Positions 1-9,971 are shown, numbered from the stretch's first letter. The stretch: DNA of 64,000 bases from Clostridia bacterium (GCA_045594665.1 JAZNYX010000025.1:698-64697); one strand, 5' to 3'. Made by a program: numbers and translations. Notes: generated by a model not told the origin, from the letters alone.

Positions 1-32
1 CCCTGCATATTATATAATACCGCTGTAGGCAT
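1..32 (-). CDS. rplD: 50S ribosomal protein L4, first codons only (gene runs off left edge)
   Basis: ATG at 32 preceded by AAAGGAG; reads MPTAVLYNMQG; lies directly downstream of rplC as in S10 operons. Confidence 0.5.
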   Translation of the reverse strand, partial: MPTAVLYNMQ

Positions 33-57
33 TTATAGCATCTCCTTTCCGTATGGC

Positions 58-684
58 TTACGCCTTTACTGTATTCTTGATAGTTACTATACCGCCCTTG
101 GGTCCGGGGATTGCACCCTTAACGAGAATGAGGTTCCTGTCCATATCAACCTTAACAACGTCAAGATTCTGAACTGTAACCTTTTCACAACCCAAATGTC
201 CTGCAAGCTTCTTGCCTTTGAAAACACGTGACGGTGATGAGCAGGCACCCATTGAACCGGGTCCTCTGTGGTAGCCGCTACCGTGAGTCATAGGTCCACG
301 GTGTGTGCCCCATCTCTTAACTGTACCTGCGTAACCCTTACCTTTGCTGATACCGGTTACGTCTACACATTCGCCCTCAGCGAATACGTCAGCCTTTACT
401 TCATCGCCGACATTAAGAGTGATTTCGTCAAGTCTGAATTCCTTGAGAACCTTCTTAACTGCTACACCACTCTTTGCGAAGTGACCCTTGAGAGCCTTTG
501 TTACGTGCTTCTCTTTCACTTCACCAAAGCCCAGCTGAACAGCTTCATAACCGTCTGTCTCAACTGTCTTTCTCTGGATTACGTTGCAGGGGCCGGCTTC
601 AATTACTGTAACCGGTACTACCTTGCCTTCAGCATCGAAAATCTGAGTCATACCGATTTTCTTACCGATGATTGCTTTCTGCAT
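58..684 (-). CDS. rplC: 50S ribosomal protein L3
   Basis: 208 aa, [33 protein letters not shown]... typical L3. Confidence 0.95.
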   Translation of the reverse strand: MQKAIIGKKIGMTQIFDAEGKVVPVTVIEAGPCNVIQRKTVETDGYEAVQLGFGEVKEKHVTKALKGHFAKSGVAVKKVLKEFRLDEITLNVGDEVKADVFAEGECVDVTGISKGKGYAGTVKRWGTHRGPMTHGSGYHRGPGSMGACSSPSRVFKGKKLAGHLGCEKVTVQNLDVVKVDMDRNLILVKGAIPGPKGGIVTIKNTVKA

Positions 685-728
685 GATTTGTTCCTCCTTG
701 TATGGTTATTGGTTGACTTTCGCCAACA

Positions 729-1058
729 TTACCTTCCACTCTTGTCAATAAGCTTGATATCGATGGATACACCAGCGGGAACATCGAGCTTACCAAGAGC
801 TTCCATGGTCTTGGGGGTGGGATTAAGGATGTCGATCAATCTCTTGTGAGTTCTCTGTTCGAACTGCACACGACTGTCCTTATACTTATGAACTGCGCGA
901 AGGATTGTAACAACCTCTTTCTCTGTGGGCAGAGGAATAGGACCTGAAACTGTGCTTCCTGTTCTCTTGGCAGTATCCACAATTTTTTCTGCGGACTGAT
1001 CAAGAAGAACGTGGTCGTAAGCCTTTACCCTGATTCTGATTTTCTGCTTTGCTGCCAT
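729..1058 (-). CDS. rpsJ: 30S ribosomal protein S10
   Basis: 109 aa, [29 protein letters not shown]...[21 protein letters not shown] typical S10. Confidence 0.95.
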   Translation of the reverse strand: MAAKQKIRIRVKAYDHVLLDQSAEKIVDTAKRTGSTVSGPIPLPTEKEVVTILRAVHKYKDSRVQFEQRTHKRLIDILNPTPKTMEALGKLDVPAGVSIDIKLIDKSGR

Positions 1059-1315
1059 TGCTAAGCCTCCTAAAAAAGTATTTTCGCTGACTCATGCGAC
1101 GGACTGTACACGGCGCCGGGCGTTTCGCCTTTTGCCATATTAAAACCCAGAGCTCGACTCCGGGTACTACATGAATGTGGGCGCAGATGCGCAAAGCTTT
1201 ATCATGTTGTACAGTGACTGCCGCCCGGTTTCACGAACCGGACATTCTCCACGGAAAAACCTACCCATATGGTAGCAACCTCCCGCTTCATCGTCTGTCA
1301 TGTCACAGCCTTGCC

Positions 1316-1344
1316 ATTGTACAATAAAAAAGAAAAAATTGCAA
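1316..1344 (-). promoter_or_regulatory. candidate sigmaA promoter of the S10 operon (TTGCAA-17-TACAAT), giving a ~250-nt leader
   Basis: minus strand: -35 at 1339..1344, -10 at 1316..1321, 17-nt spacer. Confidence 0.45.
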
Positions 1345-1754
1345 GTGTTATTTGATAAAAAATTGCAATTTTTTTAAATTTTGTAGACATGCACAATTTA
1401 GTGGTTGATATTTTGTGCAATACATACAAAATATTATTTGGTTTTTCGGTGAAAAACTGCTTTCAAAAAGCATGTTTGTTAAAATAGGTCAGATTAACCC
1501 TATTTTAACAAATAATTTGCTTTATTATGATATCAGAGGATCTTTTTCCTCTCATTTGCAAGAAATTGCAAACTAATTCATCGGTGCCGATGAGGGGCTT
1601 GCCATTTTGAGCGCCAAAATGGCGAAAAGCGTCGGGGGATTCCGAATTTCCCCCGAACCCCTTTAAACGGCCTCGCAGGGGCGGCATAGTTTTAGCGTAA
1701 ACTTGTTTACCTTACTAAGTTATATAATTCCGTTTTGAAGCTTCTGCGACTTTT

Positions 1755-1849
1755 GTGTCACCGAAACAGATTCGGCACTCAGCCTCAGCTGTTTCTAAAT
1801 TCTGTCCACCTGCAAAGGAAACTGATGTGGACAGAATTTTGACAGTCAG
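1755..1849 (+). repeat. dispersed intergenic repeat, family A, copy 1
   Basis: near-identical inverted copy at 18824..18918; internal hairpin tctgtccac...gtggacaga. Confidence 0.85.
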
Positions 1850-1947
1850 CCTTGAAGCTTCTAAAACTACTTTGGCGCACTTGTAGGGACAGATGCCTAC
1901 ATCTGTCCGCTTAACGGGGCGATGTGAGCATCGCCCCCTACATATCG

Positions 1948-2097
1948 GCACAAAAGTCAGGTTTTGAAAAATATTTTGTTGACCGTCAAAAAATCGCTCG
2001 CATCATTTTCTGCTGCAGGCGAGCGATTTTTAGTCCTTGAGGGACTAAGTGTCCCTTTCAAGGACGGTGACGCAAAAGCAAAATATTTTTCAAAACA
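1948..2097 (+). repeat. dispersed intergenic repeat, family B, copy 1
   Basis: about 85-90% identical by eye to the reverse complement of 17874..18024. Confidence 0.85.
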
Positions 2098-2151
2098 AAA
2101 CTCGCTTTGCAGCCATGAAAGGCACATTAATTTTTTTAGCCCTGCTAGGCC

Positions 2152-2231
2152 GGTTTGGGGAATCGGAACCCCAAAACTTTTGCTTCTTTTGGTTGCAAAA
2201 GAAGGGGGAACCTTCCCAAGGTTAAAATTTT
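2152..2231 (+). repeat. dispersed intergenic repeat, family C, copy 1
   Basis: ggtttggggaat..aaccccaaaacttttgcttcttttggtt(g/a)caaaagaagggg recurs at 17716..17813 (-) and 19003..19057 (+). Confidence 0.85.
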
Positions 2232-2371
2232 GCCTTTCGGCAAAGACCCCGTTGCTCCAATGAACCAATTTCCATTTATATTAGAAATATCTAATGTATT
2301 ATTATCACAAGAATTTCTAATATATTTTATTTTTAAGATATATGTTAAAATATCTTTTGAGGTGGCACATA

Positions 2372-2547
2372 TGAATTTCACGTTAAAGAAAACCAAAGAC
2401 AAACAACCTGCTATATATAAAACACTCTACATACAGCAACAGCTTTGCGATAAAATTGATATGATTGCTTCTAAAAATCAAACAAGCTGGAATAATGTTG
2501 TTATTTCTATGATAGAAAGCTGTTTAAAAGAAAATGAACAAGGGTGA
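2372..2547 (+). CDS. small ribbon-helix-helix-like DNA-binding protein (58 aa)
   Basis: GAGGTGG RBS 6 nt upstream of the ATG; MNFTLKKTKDKQPAIYKTLYIQQQLCDKIDMIASKNQTSWNNVVISMIESCL has a strand-helix-helix pattern; the longer ORF-track start at 2155 lies in repeat C. Confidence 0.5.
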
Positions 2548-2552
2548 TTTTT

Positions 2553-2810
2553 ATGAATTTATCCAATAAATCTGATTCTGAAAGTATTGATTCCAATACT
2601 TTCCTCTCCCCTGAGGATATTGCCTATAATAGTGCTTATAATAATGCCTTTGCCACACTTTTTCCCCTGCTTAACAGACTTGAAAGCATCCTTTCCCCCG
2701 ATGGCAAAGCTTTACTAAGTGAGCTATTAAAAAACTTTACTGCTGTTTTGGAGGAACAGGTTCGCAGAAGCTATCGTGCAGGGTTTTCTGACGGCGGGCA
2801 ATCTGAATAA
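2553..2810 (+). CDS. small helical hypothetical protein, translationally coupled to the RHH gene
   Basis: ATG 2553 overlaps the stop region of the upstream gene; C-terminal ...EEQVRRSYRAGFSDG; weak resemblance to the product of 18093..18395. Confidence 0.45.
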   Translation: MNLSNKSDSESIDSNTFLSPEDIAYNSAYNNAFATLFPLLNRLESILSPDGKALLSELLKNFTAVLEEQVRRSYRAGFSDGGQSE

Positions 2811-2824
2811 ATTTAATAAAAATA

Positions 2825-2853
2825 TTGAACTACAACAGAATATGTTATATAAT
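2825..2853 (+). promoter_or_regulatory. sigmaA-type promoter TTGAAC-17-TATAAT upstream of the pseudouridine synthase gene
   Basis: -35 at 2825..2830, -10 at 2848..2853. Confidence 0.5.
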
Positions 2854-2918
2854 GACCCATAGGATAAGACTTAAAACAGTGCAAAAGTTTCAAAATACTA
2901 CAATTTCCGGGTGATTAC

Positions 2919-3812
2919 ATGATAGAATATATAATAGGAAGAAACTCCGCCTCTCTGCGTGCCGACAGATTTCTTTTAAAGGCTACAACAGCACCGTCGT
3001 CACTGATTTACAAAGCCTTTCGCAAAAAGGACGTAAAGATTAACGGCAAGTGGATAAAAGAGGATTATGTTCTTTGCGAGGGGGACGTTCTTCGCATATA
3101 TATAAAAGAAGAATTTCAAAAAGAGAAAGAAGTTACCTCGTGCAATCTGACTGCACCTATAATATATGAGGATGAACATATAATTATATTCAATAAGCCT
3201 GCCGCTCTCCCCTGTCAGCCCGATGCAAACCATCCCGTTGGCACGCTTGCCGATATGCTGAAAAGCTATCTCGTAGAAAAGGGCGAATTTGATCCCGCAA
3301 GTGAAAGTTCTTTCTCTCCTGCTCTTTGCAACCGGCTGGACACAAACACAAGCGGACTTGTAATAGGTGCGAAGAATGCTGCTGCACTTCGTGATATGAA
3401 TGAGCAGATAAGAAAACGCAATGTGTACAAGTATTACTTATGCCGCCTTGAAAATATCCCCGCTGAGAAAAGTGCTTTTGTAAATGCACATATAATAAAG
3501 GAAGAAAGTCAGAACAAGAGCCGCATTGCAGATAGCGGAAAAGAAATTTCAATGGAATACAAGGTGATTGAAGAAGAAAACGGCACTGCACTTTGCGAGG
3601 TGCTTCTGCACACAGGGCGAAGCCATCAGATAAGGGCATACTTTTCTTCTATTGGCTGTCCCCTTGTGGGAGATAAAAAGTACGGAGCAAAAACAGGCGG
3701 AGGTCAGGCACTTTGTGCATATCGTCTGCGGTTCGGCTTCCCCGATGAGTATGACGGAGTGCTTTCATATTTAAAAGACAGTCAAATAAAGCTAGAAGGG
3801 ATTGACATTTGA
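2919..3812 (+). CDS. RluA-family 23S rRNA pseudouridine synthase with N-terminal S4 domain
   Basis: 297 aa; NRLDTNTSGLVIGAK and HTGRSHQIRAYFSSIGCPLVGDKKYG motifs. Confidence 0.85.
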   Translation: MIEYIIGRNSASLRADRFLLKATTAPSSLIYKAFRKKDVKINGKWIKEDYVLCEGDVLRIYIKEEFQKEKEVTSCNLTAPIIYEDEHIIIFNKPAALPCQPDANHPVGTLADMLKSYLVEKGEFDPASESSFSPALCNRLDTNTSGLVIGAKNAAALRDMNEQIRKRNVYKYYLCRLENIPAEKSAFVNAHIIKEESQNKSRIADSGKEISMEYKVIEEENGTALCEVLLHTGRSHQIRAYFSSIGCPLVGDKKYGAKTGGGQALCAYRLRFGFPDEYDGVLSYLKDSQIKLEGIDI

Positions 3813-3866
3813 CAAAATTTGTGGTAATTTTATAATGTAAATTAAATAAAGAAAGGATTTAAACTA

Positions 3867-4289
3867 ATGAAAAAATTTATAGCAGAATTCAAAGAATTTG
3901 CTCTCAAAGGCAATATGATTGACCTTGCTATAGGTATGATTATTGCTACATCTTTCAACGCAGTTGTTAAGTCGATTGTTGACGATCTTCTTATGCCGGC
4001 ATTTGCTTTCATTTTCGGAAAGAGCGACTTTTCACAGCTCGTTGCTTTTGCTGAATATGCAGAGGACGGAACACTTGTTGGCGGTATCAAGTACGGTATG
4101 TTTATTCAGAATATCGTTAACTTCGCAATCATAGCTTTCAGCCTGTTTGTTATGGTTAAGTTAATGAACAAGATGAAAAACACCAAGCCCGCAGAGGAAG
4201 CTCCTGCAGCTCCTGCTCCCAAGAGTGATGACATCGTTCTTTTAGAAGAAATCAGAGACCTTCTTGCAAAGGAAAAAGTTAATCAGTAA
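3867..4289 (+). CDS. mscL: large-conductance mechanosensitive channel
   Basis: 140 aa; EFKEFALKGNMIDLAIGMIIATSFNAVVKSIVDDLLMP. Confidence 0.9.
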   Translation: MKKFIAEFKEFALKGNMIDLAIGMIIATSFNAVVKSIVDDLLMPAFAFIFGKSDFSQLVAFAEYAEDGTLVGGIKYGMFIQNIVNFAIIAFSLFVMVKLMNKMKNTKPAEEAPAAPAPKSDDIVLLEEIRDLLAKEKVNQ

Positions 4290-4299
4290 ATTTCATCAA

Positions 4300-4338
4300 T
4301 AAAACACCGCATCGAAATTCGATGCGGTGTTTGTTGTT
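4300..4338. terminator. bidirectional intrinsic terminator between mscL and the acyl-CoA synthetase gene
   Basis: aaacaccgcatcga/tcgatgcggtgttt stem flanked by A-run and T-run. Confidence 0.8.
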
Positions 4339-6035
4339 TATTGAAGAGTATTTTCCAAATCCTTTTCACGGATTGCGTTACGTCTGATTTTTCCGTTGAA
4401 GGTTTTGGGAAGCTCCGATACATATTCCACGATTCTGGGATATTTATAGGGAGCTGTATTTGTCTTGACATAGGTCTGAAGCTCTTTTGTAAGTGTATCC
4501 GAGGGTTCAAATCCTTTTGCAAGAACAATTGTTGCCTTTACGGCAAAACCACGAATCGGGTCGGGCACACCTGTTACAGCAACCTCACTTACTGCCGCAT
4601 GTTCAAGAAGAACGCTTTCAATTTCAAAAGGTCCGATTCTGTAGCCTGATGACTTGATGACGTCATCATTTCTTCCCACATAGCGGAAAAGTCCTCTTTC
4701 ATCACGATACGCGGTATCACCTGTGTGATAGAAGCCGTCGTGAAGTGCCTTCTTCGTATCTTCCATACTGAAGTTATAAGTATCAAGAAGTCCGCAGCTC
4801 TTTCTGTCACGGCTTAATACACGGATGGAGATTTCGCCCGTTGTACCTCTGGGGCAGGACTGATTATTGTTATCTAAGATATGAACATCAAACCCCGGAA
4901 CGGGAAGTCCTATTGCACCTGGAACAGGCTCTGTCCACGGATAGATAGTTGCTATACAAAGAGTGGTTTCTGTCTGTCCGAAGCCTTCATAGATTTTATG
5001 CCCCGTAGCCTCGAGCCATTTGTTATAGATTTCAGGATTAAGTGCCTCACCTGCTGTACAGCAATGTGTAAGTGACGAAAGGTCGTACTTTGAAACATCG
5101 TTAAGAAGCATCATTCTGTACATTGTGGGAGGAACGCAGAAGGTAGTAACCTTGTAATCCTGCAAAACTCCTAAGATATCTGCACCATCGAACTTGTCAA
5201 AGTCATAGACAAGCACTGCCGATTCCCCAAACCACTGTCCGTAGATTTTACCCCAAAGAGATTTAAGCCAACCTGTGTCGGAGATTGTGAAGTGAAGTCC
5301 GCCGTCCACAACCCTGTGCCAGAACACGCCTGTCATAATATGACCGAGGGGATATTTAAAGTTATGTGTGATGATTTTGGGATAGCCCGTTGTACCGGAA
5401 GAAAATGCCATAAGCATAGTATCATCGGCAGTAGTAGCCTCTTCCCCTGTGGGGCGCTGCCACTGGTCGCTTGCCATTTCGAAGCCTTCTTCGAAATCGT
5501 GCCAGCCTTCGCCTGCCTTCTTATGCTTTGTAACAAACTTGATTATGGGATGGTCATACTGCTCCTTCATTTCGTCGAAGTATTCGGTAGCCTGACCGTC
5601 ACCCGTGATAACTGCCGCCTTGATATTACCCACGTTACAGCGATAAACATAATCCTTACCTTTAAGCATATCCGTTGCCTGAACAACGATAGCACCGATT
5701 TTATGAAGTCCCAGTATGCAATACCAGAAGAAGTAGCTTCTTTTAAGGGTAAGCATTACCTTGTCACCCTTTTTGATGCCCATATACTTAAAGTAGTTTG
5801 CAGCTTTGTTGGAATTGAGCATCATATCACGGAATGTAAGATGCTTAACCTCGCTTTTGTCGTTTGAAATCCAGACCATAGCGAGCTTATCGGGCTTTTC
5901 TGTTCCCAACACATCTATTACATCATATGCAAAGTTAAAATCATCATTATAAGATAGTGTATAGTTTGTCTGTGCATCTTTAAGTGAAAGGAAATCATCT
6001 CTTGATGCACCGACAAATTTTTCGTATATTGCCAT
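4338..6035 (-). CDS. AMP-forming acyl-CoA synthetase (medium-chain/ACSM-like)
   Basis: 565 aa; FSSGTTGYPK, YGQTE, HTGDTAYRDERGLFRYVGRNDDVIKSSGYRIGPFEIE, PKTFNGKIRR adenylate-forming motifs. Confidence 0.85.
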   Translation of the reverse strand: MAIYEKFVGASRDDFLSLKDAQTNYTLSYNDDFNFAYDVIDVLGTEKPDKLAMVWISNDKSEVKHLTFRDMMLNSNKAANYFKYMGIKKGDKVMLTLKRSYFFWYCILGLHKIGAIVVQATDMLKGKDYVYRCNVGNIKAAVITGDGQATEYFDEMKEQYDHPIIKFVTKHKKAGEGWHDFEEGFEMASDQWQRPTGEEATTADDTMLMAFSSGTTGYPKIITHNFKYPLGHIMTGVFWHRVVDGGLHFTISDTGWLKSLWGKIYGQWFGESAVLVYDFDKFDGADILGVLQDYKVTTFCVPPTMYRMMLLNDVSKYDLSSLTHCCTAGEALNPEIYNKWLEATGHKIYEGFGQTETTLCIATIYPWTEPVPGAIGLPVPGFDVHILDNNNQSCPRGTTGEISIRVLSRDRKSCGLLDTYNFSMEDTKKALHDGFYHTGDTAYRDERGLFRYVGRNDDVIKSSGYRIGPFEIESVLLEHAAVSEVAVTGVPDPIRGFAVKATIVLAKGFEPSDTLTKELQTYVKTNTAPYKYPRIVEYVSELPKTFNGKIRRNAIREKDLENTLQ

Positions 6036-6073
6036 AACGGCAACTCCTCCATTTCTAAATCACAAATTCAATA

Positions 6074-6622
6074 TCATTTCATAACTACGGCTATAAACTG
6101 AGCTTCGCCGTCAATCGCCTGCTCTGCGTGAGGAACGCTTGAGTCAAAATAAACGCTGTCACCCTCCTCAAGTTCATAGGAAATGTCTCCTATAAAAAGA
6201 CGCATTTTGCCTGAAATGACATAATTGAATTCCTGACCTTCATGCCCGTGAAGCACAGGTGCATCATCATCGGGATGAATTGTAACCAAGAATGGCTCTG
6301 CTTTTTTGTTTCTGAAGGTATATGCCAGGTGCTTATAGTCGTACTCATGCTCACGCTTAACGCTGTAGCCCTGACCTTTTTTAACCATGCTGCACATAGA
6401 AAGTGTCGGCTGGTCTCCGCTAATCAGGTCAAGAACGTCCACGCCGAGAATTTCCGCAGCATTGTAAATAAAGCTGAAGGAGAAATCCATTTCGCCATTT
6501 TCATATTTTTTATATGTTTCTACGTCTTCACCAAGCTTTTGCGCCATTTCTTCGATGGATATTTCAAAGTCGTCACGAAGCGAAGCAAGACGCATTCCGA
6601 TATCTTTAATCTGTGTGTTCAT
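6074..6622 (-). CDS. XRE-family HTH regulator with C-terminal cupin domain
   Basis: 182 aa; N-terminal HTH (IGMRLASLRDDFEISIEEMAQKLG) and cupin HGHEGQEFNYVISG...VPH. Confidence 0.8.
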   Translation of the reverse strand: MNTQIKDIGMRLASLRDDFEISIEEMAQKLGEDVETYKKYENGEMDFSFSFIYNAAEILGVDVLDLISGDQPTLSMCSMVKKGQGYSVKREHEYDYKHLAYTFRNKKAEPFLVTIHPDDDAPVLHGHEGQEFNYVISGKMRLFIGDISYELEEGDSVYFDSSVPHAEQAIDGEAQFIAVVMK

Positions 6623-6687
6623 AGCTAAACCTCCATTTTAAACTAAGTTTTTCGGGAGGGCACGGAGACCCTCCCCTACATAATTAA

Positions 6688-7224
6688 TTATGCCTTATAC
6701 TCGAAACCAAGTTTAACGGCTTTCATGTTAAGGTCAAACATATTCTGCTTTGTGGGGGGTACAACCTTCTGCATTGCTTTTTCAATATTTTCCTCGGGAA
6801 TGATACCGCTCTTTGCAATCATGTGACCAATCATAATCATGTTTGCAAGACCTGTAAGTCCTTCGTCGGAAGCTATCTTTGTAGCGGGAATGTAGTAGGT
6901 TTCTACATCTGTGCGCTCTACCTTTCTGTCGATAAGAGAGCTGTCGATGAAAATCTGGCCGCCTGCTTTGGTTTCGTTTTCGTACTTGTCAAGAGAAGGA
7001 AGATTCATTGCAATCAAAATGTCGGGATTTGATACAATGGGAGAACCGATTGCATTATCGCTGAGGATAATGCTGCAGTTAGCAGTACCGCCACGCATTT
7101 CGGGGCCGTAAGAAGGAAGCCAGCTTACTTCCTTGCCGTCAATAAGACCTTCGTAGGCAAGAAATTTTCCCGAAAAGAGAATTCCCTGTCCGCCGAATCC
7201 GGCAATCAAAATTTCTTTATTCAT
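6688..7224 (-). CDS. 2-oxoacid:ferredoxin oxidoreductase, gamma subunit
   Basis: 178 aa; ILIAGFGGQGILFSGKFLA...SYGPEMRGGTANCSIILS. Confidence 0.9.
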   Translation of the reverse strand: MNKEILIAGFGGQGILFSGKFLAYEGLIDGKEVSWLPSYGPEMRGGTANCSIILSDNAIGSPIVSNPDILIAMNLPSLDKYENETKAGGQIFIDSSLIDRKVERTDVETYYIPATKIASDEGLTGLANMIMIGHMIAKSGIIPEENIEKAMQKVVPPTKQNMFDLNMKAVKLGFEYKA

Positions 7225-7241
7225 AGTTCTGTTCTCCTTTC

Positions 7242-7988
7242 TTATTTCTCTTCTGCGTACTTATCTTTATATACTCCCAAGGGATAATAGGGAAGCATAT
7301 TTTCTTCAAGCCAGCCTATTGCCTTTTCGGGAGCAAGACCCCAGTTTGTGGGACAGGTTGAAAGCACCTCTACAAGCGAGAAGCCCTTACCCTCAATCTG
7401 GTTCTGGAAAGCTTTCTTGATTGCTGCCTTTGCCTTCTTTACGTTTGCAACATTATTTACCGCAACTCTTTCAAGGTATGTAGCACCGTCAACATTTGAA
7501 AGCATTTCACAAACCTTTACAGGGTAACCAACTGTCTGTACATCACGTCCGTAGGGAGAAGTCTGTGTTTTCTGACCGGGAAGTGTTGTGGGTGCCATCT
7601 GTCCGCCTGTCATACCATAGATTGCGTTGTTTACGAAAATTACTGTGATGTTTTCGCCACGCGCTGCACTATGTACTGTTTCAGCAGTACCGATAGCGGC
7701 AAGGTCACCGTCACCCTGATATGTGAATACAATGTTATTCTTATCGCTTCTCTTAACACCTGTTGCAACTGCCGGAGCACGACCGTGTGCAGCCTGCACC
7801 ATATCGCAGTTAAAATAATTGTATGTGAATACGCTACAGCCTACCGATGCAACACCGATTGTTCTTCCTGTAACGCCAAGCTCGTCAAGTGCTTCAGCTA
7901 CAAGGCGGTGAATAATACCGTGTGTACAACCGGGGCAATAATGGAGAGGTGCCGCCGTAAGCGCATTGGGTTTATCAAATACTACCAT
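7242..7988 (-). CDS. 2-oxoacid:ferredoxin oxidoreductase, beta (TPP-binding) subunit
   Basis: 248 aa; YCPGCTHGI...GDGDLAAIG...NNAIYGMTGGQ. Confidence 0.9.
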   Translation of the reverse strand: MVVFDKPNALTAAPLHYCPGCTHGIIHRLVAEALDELGVTGRTIGVASVGCSVFTYNYFNCDMVQAAHGRAPAVATGVKRSDKNNIVFTYQGDGDLAAIGTAETVHSAARGENITVIFVNNAIYGMTGGQMAPTTLPGQKTQTSPYGRDVQTVGYPVKVCEMLSNVDGATYLERVAVNNVANVKKAKAAIKKAFQNQIEGKGFSLVEVLSTCPTNWGLAPEKAIGWLEENMLPYYPLGVYKDKYAEEK

Positions 7989-9052
7989 TATTCTTTACCT
8001 CCGTTTGCTTCATAAATCTTGTTAAGAACATCTTCTGTTGTGGTAATCATACCGCCTGTACGGTTGCAAAGAAGAACTTCCTTTTTGCAACGGATAGCAA
8101 GCTCGATATCCTCAATCATCTGTCCCATGGAAAGCTCTACGCTGATAAACTTGTTAACCTTATCGGCAGCCTCATTAAGAACCTTCTTGGGGAAAGGCCA
8201 AAGTGTAATAGGTCTTATCATACCAACCTTGATACCCTCTGCTCTTGCCTGATCAATAGCATTTTTCGCTACACGGGATGCAACGCCGTATGCTACGACA
8301 CAAATCTCGGCATCGTCCATAAGATATTCTTCGTACATTGCTTCCTCTTCTTCAATTTTCTTATAACGCTCGTAGCGCTCGAAGTTAAGCTTTTCAAGCT
8401 CGTCGGGCTGAATGAAGAGAGAGTTTACGATGTTGGGCTTTCTCTCACCTTTGGTTCCTGTAAGAGCCCATGACTTGTCGTACTCATTAATTACACCCTT
8501 TTCAAGGCTAACGGGTTCCATCATCTGACCCATGGTACCGTCGGAGAGAATCATTGCAGGCATTCTGTACTTTTCTGCAAGGTCAAAGCCCTTGAACACC
8601 ATATCAACCATTTCCTGAACGCTGTTGGGAGCAAGTACAAGCAGATGGAAGTCACCGTGACCGCCGCCCTTTGTAGCCTGGAAGTAGTCTGCCTGCGAGG
8701 GCTGGATACCGCCCAGTCCGGGGCCGCCACGCTGTACGTTAATAATAAGTGCAGGAAGGTCACAGCCTGCAAGATAGCTGATACCTTCGCTCTTAAGGCT
8801 GATTCCGGGGCTGGAGGAAGAAGTCATAACCCTCTTACCTGTGGAAGCAACACCGATAACCATATTAATTGCCGCGATTTCACTTTCAGCCTGAAGGAAA
8901 ACGCCGCCCTCTGTCTTGGGCATTTTCTTTGCCATATATGCCGCAACTTCTGTCTGCGGAGTAATAGGATAACCAAAGTAATGCTTACAGCCTGCCATTA
9001 TAGCGGCTTCTGCCAAAGCTTCGTTACCTTTCATCAAAACTTTTTCAGACAT
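7988..9052 (-). CDS. 2-oxoacid:ferredoxin oxidoreductase, alpha subunit
   Basis: 354 aa; LMKGNEALAEAAIMAGCKHYFGYPITPQTE. Confidence 0.9.
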   Translation of the reverse strand: MSEKVLMKGNEALAEAAIMAGCKHYFGYPITPQTEVAAYMAKKMPKTEGGVFLQAESEIAAINMVIGVASTGKRVMTSSSSPGISLKSEGISYLAGCDLPALIINVQRGGPGLGGIQPSQADYFQATKGGGHGDFHLLVLAPNSVQEMVDMVFKGFDLAEKYRMPAMILSDGTMGQMMEPVSLEKGVINEYDKSWALTGTKGERKPNIVNSLFIQPDELEKLNFERYERYKKIEEEEAMYEEYLMDDAEICVVAYGVASRVAKNAIDQARAEGIKVGMIRPITLWPFPKKVLNEAADKVNKFISVELSMGQMIEDIELAIRCKKEVLLCNRTGGMITTTEDVLNKIYEANGGKE

Positions 9053-9075
9053 TTATTTTTCATTCCTTTCAATGA

Positions 9076-9279
9076 TTATTTCTCTACTGTGATTACGCAG
9101 TCGGGGCACATTGTTGCACAGAATGCGCAACCGATGCACTTATCCTGCTCTGTTACCTGTGCAGGATGATAGCCACGCTTGTTAAGATCATCGGAAAGTG
9201 CGACAATCTTCTTGGGACAAGCCGTTACACAAAGGCCGCAGCCTTTACACAAATCCTTATCAAAGGTTACCTTTGCCAT
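9076..9279 (-). CDS. 2-oxoacid:ferredoxin oxidoreductase, delta subunit (2x[4Fe-4S] ferredoxin)
   Basis: 67 aa with CKGCGLCVTACP and CIGCAFCATMCP. Confidence 0.9.
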   Translation of the reverse strand: MAKVTFDKDLCKGCGLCVTACPKKIVALSDDLNKRGYHPAQVTEQDKCIGCAFCATMCPDCVITVEK

Positions 9280-9281
9280 AT

Positions 9282-9971
9282 TTATTCATTCCTTTCTGCC
9301 CAGCTTTGTCTTACATAAAGCTCAATAGGCATTAAATTATCAATTTTATCCGAAAGTGATTCGTATAAATCTTTCTTTACAGTGGTCATTTTAATCGGGA
9401 TTCCTGCCTTCTCGGAAACCTCTTTGGCGTAATCCATGGAAGAAATAACATCTTCCGCTGTGGTTTCATCGCCGATATTGGAATCGTTTACTATAGCAGT
9501 AAATTTCATATGGCAGGCATTTTCAATCTCCGCCATAATTTCAAGGGTCATATCTGCGTTACGCGTAAGGGGACGAAATTTGTTGATTACAAACAAAAGT
9601 TCGTAATCGCCGTCCTCTTCTATTGCCTCGCTGTATCTGCCCAATGCGAGTGCACCGCGGTCGTCACCGCCTACATCTATTACGGCGTGAATTTCTTTAT
9701 TCTGAAGCACACCGTAGGTTTCTGCCGGAAGTGCCGGTACGTCAACATTACTGTTGGCAAATTCGGAGGAAATAAGCTGTACGCCATTTTCCTCAAGAAC
9801 TTTCATAGAATCCTTGGTACGGAAATACGGATTTACAATATCAAGGTCCGCAATAGATACCTTTTCTCTGTGCTTTTTAAGCCAGAGTGCGTAGTTTACA
9901 GCCACATTGGTTTTTCCGCTGCCGTAATGACCGCTGAAAATGGTAATACGCTTTATACTTCTACTGTCCAT
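9282..9971 (-). CDS. MinD/ParA/CooC-type P-loop NTPase
   Basis: 229 aa; Walker [16 protein letters not shown]; overlaps ilvE stop by 19 nt. Confidence 0.6.
   Translation of the reverse strand: MDSRSIKRITIFSGHYGSGKTNVAVNYALWLKKHREKVSIADLDIVNPYFRTKDSMKVLEENGVQLISSEFANSNVDVPALPAETYGVLQNKEIHAVIDVGGDDRGALALGRYSEAIEEDGDYELLFVINKFRPLTRNADMTLEIMAEIENACHMKFTAIVNDSNIGDETTAEDVISSMDYAKEVSEKAGIPIKMTTVKKDLYESLSDKIDNLMPIELYVRQSWAERNE

Noticed and set aside
268-849. 193-aa plus-strand ORF overlapping rplC/rpsJ; similar long antisense ORFs at 42092..42955, 55277..56047, 61479..62060, 12413..13039 and 47891..48622
   Set aside because: All lie antisense to well-supported genes, lack an RBS, and have low-complexity or Cys/Phe/Ser-rich composition typical of shadow ORFs.
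1715-2268. ORF-track proteins inside the repeat clusters (1715..1951, 1957..2268, 1964..2263; also 17540..17785, 17833..18078, 18697..18918)
   Set aside because: They are translations of dispersed repeat modules present in both orientations. They have no RBS and overlap each other on both strands.
1500-2270. Possible CRISPR array, because of the repeated sequences
   Set aside because: The repeats are 55-150 nt, heterogeneous, occur in both orientations, and are not regularly interspaced with unique spacers. No cas genes are present in the window.
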